A DNA stretch of 64,000 bases, taken from a bacterium (lineage in GTDB: Bacteria; Patescibacteriota; Patescibacteriia; UBA9934; GWF2-40-263). The position numbers were made by a program, and so were the translations under genes. Position 1 is the first letter of the stretch; every line of letters begins with the position of its first letter. Below are positions 51,350-59,530 of the stretch, one piece after another. The notes beneath the pieces are model-generated. The model was given only the letters and a program-made list of their open reading frames with translations. It ran no database searches and was not told the DNA's origin. The stretch spans positions 613-64,612 of the forward strand of contig JAJYIV010000002.1 of NCBI GenBank assembly GCA_021789915.1, given 5' to 3'.

Positions 51350-53398
51350 TCACCGCACGCGCGTCCGGAACAGCTCGTCCGGCCACTTGGCGAAATACTT
51401 GAGGAAGCTGATCGAGTGCGCGCGGGCCATCCGGTTGACGAGCAGCGTGCGCAGCAGGCTGCCCTGGCGCACCGATCCCTTGCCGTAGGCATGCTGCAGC
51501 GCCGCATCGGCCACATAGTACACCGGCCGGTGCATCGCCCACGAGCGGCGGCACAGATCCACGTCCTCGAAGTACATCCAGAAGCGCTCGTCGAAGCCGC
51601 CCAGCGCGCGCCAGTGCTCCATCGGCAGGAACAGCGCGGAGCCCTGCGCCCAATCCACCATGCGCGTTTCGCCTGGCGGCGTGTCGCGCATCAGGAAACG
51701 ATGGAGGTAGCGGCGGCCGAAGGCCGTGCCGCCGAGCGTCGTGCGCTGGACGAGCGGCAGCGGCCACGACGGGAAGCGGCGCACGGTTTCCTGCGCCTGT
51801 CCGTCGGGATAGACGATCTTGGGCGCGGCGATGCCGGCGCGCGGATGCGCGCGCATGAACGCGACGAGCTTGGCGAAGAGCCGATCGTCGACGAGTTCCG
51901 TATCCGGGTTCAGCACGAAGAGGAACTCGGCGTCGAGCTCGGCGGCGCCGCGGTTCACGGAGCTGCCGTAGCCGGCGTCCCAGTTGCGCTGGACGACCAC
52001 GCCGTCGGGAATCGCGTCCCACAGCACGGCCGCGGCATCGTACGCCGTCGACGCGTTGTCCACGACGACGACGCCGACGCGCAGGCCGGACGCCTTGCGC
52101 GCGCGATCGAGCGAACGCAGACACGCGGCGCTCAAATCGTCGTGCGAGACGATGACGACGGCGATGTCGAGGTAAGTAGCTGGCGGCTGGGGGCTGGCGG
52201 CTGGGGGAGAAAACGGGAGCGGGGCCTGCGCGCGCGCCGCGTCCGCGGGCGACGGCACGGCGCGAACCGCGCCGAACCGCGCGGCGTACGCGCGCCGCTT
52301 CGTGATCAGCTCATGCCGATGCTCCCACGTTTCCCGCCACGCCTCGGTGCACACGCGCGGCCGCATGACGAGCCAATATGCCGCCTTCGCCGCCTCATAC
52401 GGAAGCACGGCCCATGCGCGCGCCGGCGCCGAACGGAACTCCCCCTGGCTCCCTCTTGAAAAGAGGGGGAAGTGCATCGCCAGCGTCCAAAGATGGTTGC
52501 GGTACGAGTGGAACACCGGCCGCCAGGTTTGCGCGGTGCGGCCGATTCCCCCCCTGCCTGCCTCGCATACCCCCCGCCTGCCAAAATGCGGCCAGCAGGC
52601 AGCCCCCCTTGGCAGGGGGGCAATCCTGGCCGTGCCGAAGCTGCGGCGATGGTACGCGACGGCGTCGGACACGACGCCGGAGGCGAAGCCCGCGCGGCGC
52701 AATCTCCACGCAAGCTCGACGTCTTCCTTGTACGAGACGAACGACGGGTCAAACAAATTCCCGTCCAACGACGCCGCCTCTACCGCCGCACGGCGATACA
52801 TCGGCAGGCAGCCCGACACCCCGAACGCCTCGTGCACGCCCTCATGCAGCTGCGCCGTCGAAACACGCTCCCCTGCTCCGATGTCGCGCACGGCGCCCGT
52901 TGCCGACATCGCCAAGCCGAAACTGTCGATCACGTCCGTGCGCCCGCCGGACCCCTCTGCCCAGCTGAGCTGGGCCGTCCCCCCTTGGCAGGGGGGGACG
53001 ACACACGCCGCCCGATCGAAATCCCATCGATACACGCGCCCGGCGACGGACCCGAGCCGCGCGTCCGCGTCCAGCGCGGCGACGAGCCGCTCGAGATACG
53101 CCGGTTCCAGGATCGCATCGTCGTTGTGCAGCATCACGTACGCCGCCTGATGCTTGGAGAACAGCAGGTTATGCGCGCCGGCAAAGTCGACGTTGCGCGG
53201 CCCGACGTCCACGTACACGGCGCGGTCGCCGAGTTCCCGCGCGAACGCGCGCACCGCCTCGGCCTGCACGGGATCCGACGCATTGTCCGTCACGTACAGC
53301 GTCCAATCGCGGAACGTCTGCGCGCGCAGGGACGCCAAAATATGCGGCAGGTACCGCGCGCCGTCGTAGCAGGAAAGTTGGATGGCGAGTTTGGACAT
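51350..53398 (-). CDS. Fused double GT2 glycosyltransferase (682 aa)
   Basis: Two GT2 modules (LSCYDGARYL..HNDDA and VIVSHDD..LNPDT..YFEDVDLC). Carries two repeat inserts. Confidence 0.8.
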   Translation of the reverse strand: MSKLAIQLSCYDGARYLPHILASLRAQTFRDWTLYVTDNASDPVQAEAVRAFARELGDRAVYVDVGPRNVDFAGAHNLLFSKHQAAYVMLHNDDAILEPAYLERLVAALDADARLGSVAGRVYRWDFDRAACVVPPCQGGTAQLSWAEGSGGRTDVIDSFGLAMSATGAVRDIGAGERVSTAQLHEGVHEAFGVSGCLPMYRRAAVEAASLDGNLFDPSFVSYKEDVELAWRLRRAGFASGVVSDAVAYHRRSFGTARIAPLPRGAACWPHFGRRGVCEAGRGGIGRTAQTWRPVFHSYRNHLWTLAMHFPLFSRGSQGEFRSAPARAWAVLPYEAAKAAYWLVMRPRVCTEAWRETWEHRHELITKRRAYAARFGAVRAVPSPADAARAQAPLPFSPPAASPQPPATYLDIAVVIVSHDDLSAACLRSLDRARKASGLRVGVVVVDNASTAYDAAAVLWDAIPDGVVVQRNWDAGYGSSVNRGAAELDAEFLFVLNPDTELVDDRLFAKLVAFMRAHPRAGIAAPKIVYPDGQAQETVRRFPSWPLPLVQRTTLGGTAFGRRYLHRFLMRDTPPGETRMVDWAQGSALFLPMEHWRALGGFDERFWMYFEDVDLCRRSWAMHRPVYYVADAALQHAYGKGSVRQGSLLRTLLVNRMARAHSISFLKYFAKWPDELFRTRVR
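52548..52621. repeat. GC-rich double-hairpin repeat (G6 subfamily), in-frame within a CDS
   Basis: ..CCCCCCGCCTGCCAAAATGCGGCCAGCAGGCAGCCCCCCTTGGCAGGGGGG. Reverse complement of the 60812 copy. Confidence 0.9.
52959..52999. repeat. GC-rich hairpins, in-frame within a CDS
   Basis: GCCCAGCTGAGCTGGGC plus GTCCCCCCTTGGCAGGGGGGGAC, translated as PPCQGGTAQLSWA. Confidence 0.85.
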
Positions 53399-53411
53399 AG
53401 ATCGCTGGCAA

Positions 53412-53530
53412 CCCCTCCGCCTGCCGATGGTCGGCCAGCAGGCAGCCTCCCCTTGGGGGGGCGCGTTTTTCCGCGTCCCCTCTTTTCCAAGAGCCTGTCC
53501 TGAGCGAGCGGAGCGAGTCGAAGGAAGGGG
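53412..53530. repeat. Composite repeat filling an intergenic gap
   Basis: Double-hairpin copy (53412-53461) plus a CCTGTCCTGAGCGAGCGGAGCGAGTCGAAGGAAGGGG module. Confidence 0.85.
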
Positions 53531-53551
53531 TCAAGGGGTGGTTGCCGCATT

Positions 53552-54418
53552 TTACGCTCTCGCCTTTCCCTTCAGGCCGAGCTCGTCCACGACGCAGGCG
53601 CCCAAGATCATCGGCCATCGCAGCGCGGCGAAGACGGCCGCCTGCCACCACGGATGCCACTTCGCAAAGTAGTGGACCATGCTGGCGGTGAAGATCGCCT
53701 GGGTTTCCGCGCGCGGCATCTTGGACGTGCCGCGGCCGACCAAGTCGTGGCAGGACACGTCCGCCAGATAACGGACGCGCAGCCCCGCTTCCTTCGCGCG
53801 CCGGCAATAGTCCACTTCCTCGAACCAAATGAAGTAGCCTTGGTCGAGATAGCCGACGCGGTTCAGCATCTCGCGCCGGAAGGCGAAGAACGAGCCGCGC
53901 ACCGCGTCGACGTCCTGCGATTTCGCGTAGTCGAAATCCGCCGGGATGTAGCGATCCAGCGCGTGCGGAAACAGATGCGGGATCTTGAGCAGCGTGACGA
54001 GCTGGTCGGCGAAGCCGGGAAAACGGCGGACCGACTTCAGCGGCTTGCCTTCCGCGTCGTTGAGCCGCACGCCGAGCACGCCGATGTCGCGCGCGGCCGT
54101 CAGCGTCTCGTACGCCGCATCCACGGCGCCGTCGCCCACGATCATGTCGGGGTTCAGCAGGATGACGACCTCGCCTTGAGCCAACCGCAACGCCTGGTTG
54201 TTCGCGTGCGAAAATCCGCTCCCCCAATCGTTTTGGACGTACTTTACCTGCGGAAATTCCTCGCGCACCATCTTCCCCGTCCCGTCGGCGGACGCGTTGT
54301 CCACCACGAAAACCTCAAAGGAATGCCGCGGCGGGTGCGCAAACAACCGGGCCAGGTTTTCGCGCAAATGCTCCCGGACGTTCCAGCTCACGATGACGAT
54401 CGAAATGTCCTTGACCAC
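53552..54418 (-). CDS. Glycosyltransferase family 2
   Basis: ISIVIVSWNVREHL, VVDNASADGT and LLNPDMIV motifs. Confidence 0.87.
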   Translation of the reverse strand: MVKDISIVIVSWNVREHLRENLARLFAHPPRHSFEVFVVDNASADGTGKMVREEFPQVKYVQNDWGSGFSHANNQALRLAQGEVVILLNPDMIVGDGAVDAAYETLTAARDIGVLGVRLNDAEGKPLKSVRRFPGFADQLVTLLKIPHLFPHALDRYIPADFDYAKSQDVDAVRGSFFAFRREMLNRVGYLDQGYFIWFEEVDYCRRAKEAGLRVRYLADVSCHDLVGRGTSKMPRAETQAIFTASMVHYFAKWHPWWQAAVFAALRWPMILGACVVDELGLKGKARA

Positions 54419-54463
54419 AAAGGTGTTTGGCGTCTAGGATAAGCCTGTTATCGTCCGAATCCT

Positions 54464-55273
54464 ATGGAAACAGCCGCCGTCCGTCAACCCGTGCCCGTCG
54501 TCATTTTCTGCGGCGGCAAAGGCTCGCGCCTGAAGGAAGAAACCGATTTCCGCCCGAAGCCGATGGTCACGATCGGCGGCCGGCCCGTCCTCTGGCACAT
54601 CATGAAGGGCTTCGCCCGCCACGGGCACAACCGGTTCATCCTGGCGCTCGGGTACAAGGGCCAGATGATCAAGGAATATTTCCTGAACCACCGGCTGCTG
54701 GCGTCGGATTTTCACCTGGAAACCGGCAACGGCTTCGTGACGCTGCCGCACGGGTCGGCGCGGGATGATTTCCAGATCACCTTCGCCGACACCGGCGAGG
54801 AGACGCTGACCGGCGAGCGCCTGCTCAAGGTGATGAAATACATCCCGGGCGACCGCTTCATGGCGACGTACGGCGACGGCGTGACGGACTTGGACATCAA
54901 TGTCCTGCTCGCGCACCACGAGGCGCAGCGCACGACATACGGCACCGTCGGCATCGTCACGGGCGTGCATCCGCGCTCCAAGTACGGCCTGGTGCAGACG
55001 GACGAGCGCGGCGTCATCCGCGAGTTCCGCCAATATCCGGTGATGAAGGAATACACCAACGGCGGCTTCATGGTGTTCGAGAAGGCGGGCATCCTGCCGT
55101 ACCTCAAGGAGGGCGAGATGGTCGAGGACGCGCTGATGCGCATGGCGGCGGACGGCAAGCTCGCCCTGTACAACCATGACGGCTATTGGCACTGCATGGA
55201 CACGTACCAGGACATGAAGGAGCTCAACGCGCAGTGGGAAAGCGGGCCGAAGTGGAAAACGTGGACGGAGTAA
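54464..55273 (+). CDS. rfbF: Glucose-1-phosphate cytidylyltransferase
   Basis: VVIFCGGKGSRLKEET..PKPMV.IGGRP.LWHIMK is the RfbF signature. Confidence 0.9.
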   Translation: METAAVRQPVPVVIFCGGKGSRLKEETDFRPKPMVTIGGRPVLWHIMKGFARHGHNRFILALGYKGQMIKEYFLNHRLLASDFHLETGNGFVTLPHGSARDDFQITFADTGEETLTGERLLKVMKYIPGDRFMATYGDGVTDLDINVLLAHHEAQRTTYGTVGIVTGVHPRSKYGLVQTDERGVIREFRQYPVMKEYTNGGFMVFEKAGILPYLKEGEMVEDALMRMAADGKLALYNHDGYWHCMDTYQDMKELNAQWESGPKWKTWTE

Positions 55274-55319
55274 AACAACACCGCCTCTCTTCCGTGTCAC
55301 AGGGAGAGGCGGTGTTTTG
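55274..55319. terminator. Bidirectional terminator
   Basis: AACACCGCCTCTC..GAGAGGCGGTGTT, flanked by A and T runs. Confidence 0.8.
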
Positions 55320-55757
55320 TCATTCCAGCGGCCAGGTTTCCAGCGGCAGGTTCACGCTTTCGTCCGGCTCCCAGGCGACGGTCGCCCCGTTGCAGACGAT
55401 CGCGGCGCCTTCGCCGGCGCAGCGCCACGCATAGGCCACGCCCGGCGGGATCGTCAGCAGGAAGGACTTCCCTTCCGCCGGCGCCAGCTCGTACGTCTCC
55501 GCCGCGCCCCTGGCCGGCGAACCGTCGCGCTCGTCGCGGATCCAGAAGCGCATCGCGCCGGAGACGACCGCCATGTTGGACGTGGAACGGGCGTGCCGTT
55601 TCCATCCTTTCGTCACGCCCGGGTTCACGGTCGAAAAATACACCTCGCCGAAGCGCGTGAACGGCGCGCGCCCCTCGCGCAGGAAATGCATCACGCTTCC
55701 CCGCTCGTCGCGGACGATCTTGAGGGGCGTCAGCAGGACGCCGGGAATGGAGGACAT
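55320..55757 (-). CDS. Sugar-nucleotide 3,5-epimerase-like cupin (RmlC family)
   Basis: 145 aa. DERGSVMHFLRE..GEVYFSTVNPG..KGWKRH pattern. Confidence 0.7.
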   Translation of the reverse strand: MSSIPGVLLTPLKIVRDERGSVMHFLREGRAPFTRFGEVYFSTVNPGVTKGWKRHARSTSNMAVVSGAMRFWIRDERDGSPARGAAETYELAPAEGKSFLLTIPPGVAYAWRCAGEGAAIVCNGATVAWEPDESVNLPLETWPLE

Positions 55758-55761
55758 AGAA

Positions 55762-55788
55762 GTTCGCCGTTAGCCGTTAGCCGTTAGG
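55762..55788. repeat. Heptamer array (GCCGTTA units)
   Basis: GTTCGCCGTTAGCCGTTAGCCGTTAGG. Confidence 0.9.
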
Positions 55789-55810
55789 AAAAAGGACGCG
55801 CAGCCCCCCA

Positions 55811-55835
55811 AAGCCAAAGGCTAATGGCTAATGGC
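55811..55835. repeat. Heptamer array (GGCTAAT units), inverted partner
   Basis: AAGCCAAAGGCTAATGGCTAATGGC. Confidence 0.9.
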
Positions 55836-55840
55836 TTTTT

Positions 55841-56884
55841 CTACGACATCAGCGCGTCCGGGCTCGCGACCGCCGCGTGGTCCTGCGCGCGGAAATAATT
55901 CTTGTACCACTCGACCGTCTCGGCCAATCCTTCCTCCAGCGTATACGACGGCTTCCAACCGAGCAGCCGGCCGGCCTTCTCGCTGGAGAGCGTCTGGTCG
56001 TGGATTTCCGCCTTGGCCTGGTTCAGGATGACGGGCTGCAAGTCCGAACGGCCGACGGCGCGCAGGACGGCGCCGACGATCTCCGTCACCTTCATCCCGT
56101 TGCCCGTGGACAAATTGAACGCCTGGCCGGCGATTTCCGGACGATCCATGTTCTCGGCGATCGTGAGATAGCCGAGCGCCGCGTCGCGCATGAAGAAATA
56201 GTCGCGCACGAAGGTGCCGTCGGAACGAATGACCGGCGCCTCGCCGGCGAGCGCGTGCTTGATCGTCTCGGGCACCACGCGGCTGAAATTCAGGTCGCCA
56301 GGGCCGTAAAGATTGCCGCAGCGCGTGACGCACACGGGCAGCTTGTAAGTTTTGACGTACGCCTGCGCCAACAGATCGGCGCAGGACTTGGAGACGTCGT
56401 ACGGATGCCGCCCCTGCAGCGGCGCGTCCTCCGTGTACGGCAGCACCGGCTGGTCGCCGTAGGCCTTGTCGGAGGAAGCGACGAGCACGCGCTTCACCGT
56501 CGGCGCCAGGCGCGCGGCTTCCAGTACGTGGGCCGTGCCCAGGATGTTCGTGCGCAGCGTCGGCAGCGGCGCGCGGTTGGCGATCGGGGCGATGGCCTGC
56601 GCGCCCACGTGGAAGACCGTCTCGATCTCGTAGTCCGCGAGCGTGCGCAGGACGAGATCGAAATCCTCGAAGTCGCCGCGCACGACGGCGACCTCGCCGT
56701 GCGCGCCCGTCTCGAACAGGCGGCTGGTCGGGACGTGGTCGCGCTGCAGCACGACGACGGCGGCGCCGCACTCGACGAGGAACTCCGTGATGGTGGAGCC
56801 CAGCAGCCCGAAGGCGCCGGTCACGAACGCGCGCCGGCCGTTCCAGAACGCCATCCGCTCCTTGGTTTTGAACGCGGGTTTCAT
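55841..56884 (-). CDS. rfbG: CDP-glucose 4,6-dehydratase-like NAD-dependent dehydratase
   Basis: FW.GRRAFVTGAFGLLGS Rossmann fold and YDVSK catalytic motif. rfbF is nearby. The start could be at 56890 or 56932. Confidence 0.8.
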   Translation of the reverse strand: MKPAFKTKERMAFWNGRRAFVTGAFGLLGSTITEFLVECGAAVVVLQRDHVPTSRLFETGAHGEVAVVRGDFEDFDLVLRTLADYEIETVFHVGAQAIAPIANRAPLPTLRTNILGTAHVLEAARLAPTVKRVLVASSDKAYGDQPVLPYTEDAPLQGRHPYDVSKSCADLLAQAYVKTYKLPVCVTRCGNLYGPGDLNFSRVVPETIKHALAGEAPVIRSDGTFVRDYFFMRDAALGYLTIAENMDRPEIAGQAFNLSTGNGMKVTEIVGAVLRAVGRSDLQPVILNQAKAEIHDQTLSSEKAGRLLGWKPSYTLEEGLAETVEWYKNYFRAQDHAAVASPDALMS

Positions 56885-56971
56885 GGGCATAGGAAGAAAG
56901 GAGAGTCCAACCTTAAACCAGCGGGCCGGCATCCGTCAAAAAAACGCCGCCCATCCAGAGGGAACGAGCGG

Positions 56972-57382
56972 CTAGGGATCGAAGAGCACCAGGCGCACGG
57001 CAAACTCCCACCGCTTCGGCGCTGGATCCGCGCCGGATTCCGGCGGCGGCGCGGGCGGCGTGGCATCGGCGAGCTTGAGGCGGCCGTACAGGACGGCGGC
57101 GGCGAGCCGCACGGCCGCGTCGCCGACGAGCCAGGCGAGATGGAACTCCTGGTGCGCGTCGAACGTCACGCCGGGCGGAAAGACGAAGTCGGTGTTTTCC
57201 CTCAGCACGTGGTCGAGCGCCACGTCATTGCCGCCCCCGTCCACGCGTTTCTGGACCTGCGCGTCCAGCCGCGCAAGAAAGGAGCTGAGAACGGCGAAGC
57301 GATGCCGCGCGTTTTCGATGCGTTCCTTGGCCGTGCTCCCGTACGGCGTCCCCGGGACGGGCGTGCCTTTCGTCGCGATCAT
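56972..57382 (-). CDS. Hypothetical protein (136 aa), paralog A
   Basis: GGAGGAAG RBS. Starts MIAT and ends VRLVLFDP. Paralogous to 57474..57857. Confidence 0.6.
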   Translation of the reverse strand: MIATKGTPVPGTPYGSTAKERIENARHRFAVLSSFLARLDAQVQKRVDGGGNDVALDHVLRENTDFVFPPGVTFDAHQEFHLAWLVGDAAVRLAAAVLYGRLKLADATPPAPPPESGADPAPKRWEFAVRLVLFDP

Positions 57383-57473
57383 GTCTTCCTCCTTCCGGAT
57401 CGTCTGGAAACCGGCGGACGGCATCGTGCCGCAGACGTAAAAAGACGTCAAGAAAAAACCGCCCGAAGGACGG

Positions 57474-57857
57474 TCAAGGCTCCTGGTAGAAGACGATGCG
57501 GACGGTGAAACAGCGTCCGATCGGCGTCGCTCCTTCGTCGACGAACTCCACGGCCCCGAAGAGCTGCGCCGCCGCGAGCCGAATGCGGGCAGCGGCGTCG
57601 AAGATCCACGACGGGTCGAACGCATCCTCGTCGTCGATCAGCGTCCCGTCCGGGAATCGGAAATCGACGGTCTCGATGAGGCGGAACACGTCGGCATGCG
57701 CGCGGCCTTCCTGTTGGGCGCTCTCGACGGCCCGACCAAACGTCTGGGCCGCATGGAGAGCCGTCAAGCGGCGGCGGCGCGCCTCGGCTTTGCGCTCGTC
57801 GAGCGTGGCGTCGCGCGGCAGGTCTCTCCCTCCCGGCAGAACGTGCGTGGCGATCAT
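57474..57857 (-). CDS. Hypothetical protein (127 aa), paralog B
   Basis: GAGGGA RBS. Starts MIAT and ends VRIVFYQEP. Confidence 0.6.
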   Translation of the reverse strand: MIATHVLPGGRDLPRDATLDERKAEARRRRLTALHAAQTFGRAVESAQQEGRAHADVFRLIETVDFRFPDGTLIDDEDAFDPSWIFDAAARIRLAAAQLFGAVEFVDEGATPIGRCFTVRIVFYQEP

Positions 57858-57943
57858 GGCGTCCCTCGTTTGCCGACAGCCGGCCGTCATGGCGGGCTGA
57901 TCGGAACACCCTAGAGAAAAATCCGGCCGCCGTCAATCGGCGT

Positions 57944-58354
57944 TCACGCGAGCGCGGCGCGGATCTTCGCGGCGACGTCGGATAAATGATGATCCCCTTC
58001 CGGCCCGTGCCACATCTTGTATCCGTCGGCGGCGAAACGCGGCATGAAATGGAAATGCGTGTGGAAGACGAGCTGCCCCGCCGCGCGGCCGTTGTTGGCC
58101 GTGAAGTTGAACGCATCGGCGCCGACGGCCTTCAGAATGGCCGGCGAGAGCGTCTGCGCCGCGCGCATCACCGCCGCCACGTCCTCCGGCGGCGTCACGG
58201 CGAAGGAATCGCTGTGGCGTTTCGGGATGATCAGCGTGTGGCCGGGATTGATCGGATGAATGTCGAGAAAGGCCAGCGTGCCGTCATCCTCGTATACGAT
58301 TTCGGCTGGAATTTCCCTGGCGATGATTTTGCAGAAGAGACAATCAGAGGGCAT
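57944..58354 (-). CDS. HIT-family (histidine triad) protein
   Basis: CLFCKII N-terminal motif and HIT motif HTHFHFMPR. Confidence 0.9.
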   Translation of the reverse strand: MPSDCLFCKIIAREIPAEIVYEDDGTLAFLDIHPINPGHTLIIPKRHSDSFAVTPPEDVAAVMRAAQTLSPAILKAVGADAFNFTANNGRAAGQLVFHTHFHFMPRFAADGYKMWHGPEGDHHLSDVAAKIRAALA

Positions 58355-58370
58355 AGGTTTCCTATATCGC

Positions 58371-58419
58371 GTGATCCTTCGACTTCGCTCGCCTTCGGCT
58401 CGCTGCGCTCAGGATGACA
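58371..58419. repeat. Palindromic element (GTCATCCTGAGCG type, reverse orientation)
   Basis: GTGATCCTTCGACTTCGCTCGCCTTCGGCTCGCTGCGCTCAGGATGAC. Supplies the stop of the 58409..58624 ORF. Confidence 0.8.
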
Positions 58420-58624
58420 CAGGGACGGGCTCTTCGTGAAGAGCCCCCCACCACGAGGCAAAGACGATCGCGGCGAGCAAAAACCAATGCACGGAAAAAT
58501 AATCCGAGACGAAGCCGGCGCGGATCGCGTCGCAGGCCCAGAAGACCGCGTATGAAACGATCGACGCGTAAAACCCGGTGCGGGCGACGGCTTGCTGGGC
58601 AGGGCTATCAAGGTGCAAGGTCAT
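58409..58624 (-). CDS. Small membrane protein (71 aa)
   Basis: ATGA overlap with the upstream stop. Two hydrophobic segments. Confidence 0.5.
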   Translation of the reverse strand: MTLHLDSPAQQAVARTGFYASIVSYAVFWACDAIRAGFVSDYFSVHWFLLAAIVFASWWGALHEEPVPVSS

Positions 58625-59460
58625 ACGTGCAGGAGCGTTTTCAGCGTGTCGGCAAGATTCGGCCGCGTCATCGTCACGTCCATGCGGTGGATGACGAAGG
58701 AAATTGGGGGCAGGGGGGGATTCGCCACGCCGGGCACCGACAGGACGATCTTCCATGCGCCGTTCTGCCGCAGGGCCGTCTTCGGGTTCACGGTGAACGT
58801 CGCAACCGTCCAGCCGTCCACCGTCCGCGGCGTCGCGTAGCGCGCGATCACGAAATCGATTCCCGCCGCGTCCAGATCCAAGCTCGGCAGCAGGCGCGAC
58901 GCGCCGGCGGGCAGCAAGCCGTCGTAGCGGTACTGCGCCATGCGGCTCCCCGCCGGCGGATGCGCGAGGAAATCCGCGATCGACGCGTACGTCGGCGTGC
59001 GCTGCAGCAGCACGAGGCCGTCCGCATCCAGCCGATGCCACGGCGAATCGTCGATCAGGGTGTTTTCCAGCGGTTGCAAATCATACTGCTCGTCCGGTCC
59101 TGGCTTCGTCAATGCGCCCGCCTCGACGATCGGCACGCCGGCATCCTTGAACCACACGTTGACCGTGACCGCGTCGAAGCGGCGCAGCGGATGCACGAAC
59201 GTGTATACCGGATCGCCGACGACGGCCTGCGCCGCAAGATTTCCCCCCTGCCAAGGGGGGAACGCCCGGCCCGGCTGGGCAAGGGGGGTCGGTGCCTGAA
59301 CGCGCTGGTCCGGCCGCAGCGGATCGACGAAGGCGCTGCGTTCTCCCGGCTCCCAGGAGACGCGGAACGTTCCCGTCGGCACGAGGAATTGCCAGCCCAA
59401 CCAGCCGAAGATCGCGATCGGCACGGCGATGATCAGGATTTGGAACGGACGTGGGGACAT
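58621..59460 (-). CDS. Hypothetical membrane-anchored protein (279 aa)
   Basis: N-terminal TM segment ILIIAVPIAIFGWLGW. Carries a repeat insert, FPPWQGGN. Confidence 0.6.
   Translation of the reverse strand: MSPRPFQILIIAVPIAIFGWLGWQFLVPTGTFRVSWEPGERSAFVDPLRPDQRVQAPTPLAQPGRAFPPWQGGNLAAQAVVGDPVYTFVHPLRRFDAVTVNVWFKDAGVPIVEAGALTKPGPDEQYDLQPLENTLIDDSPWHRLDADGLVLLQRTPTYASIADFLAHPPAGSRMAQYRYDGLLPAGASRLLPSLDLDAAGIDFVIARYATPRTVDGWTVATFTVNPKTALRQNGAWKIVLSVPGVANPPLPPISFVIHRMDVTMTRPNLADTLKTLLHV
59241..59262. repeat. GC-rich hairpin repeat, in-frame within a CDS
   Basis: TTCCCCCCTGCCAAGGGGGGAA. Confidence 0.85.
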
Positions 59461-59465
59461 GGGAA

Positions 59466-59495
59466 GCGTTTAGCCATTAGCCGTTAGCCTTTAGC
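59466..59495. repeat. Heptamer array (TTAGCCN units)
   Basis: GCGTTTAGCCATTAGCCGTTAGCCTTTAGC. Confidence 0.9.
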
Positions 59496-59506
59496 ATGTG
59501 TCTCTC

Positions 59507-59530
59507 GCCTGACGGCTGACGGCTAATGGC
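59507..59530. repeat. Heptamer array (GGCTGAC/GGCTAAT), inverted partner
   Basis: GCCTGACGGCTGACGGCTAATGGC. Contains the stop codon of the 59523..61409 ORF. Confidence 0.9.
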
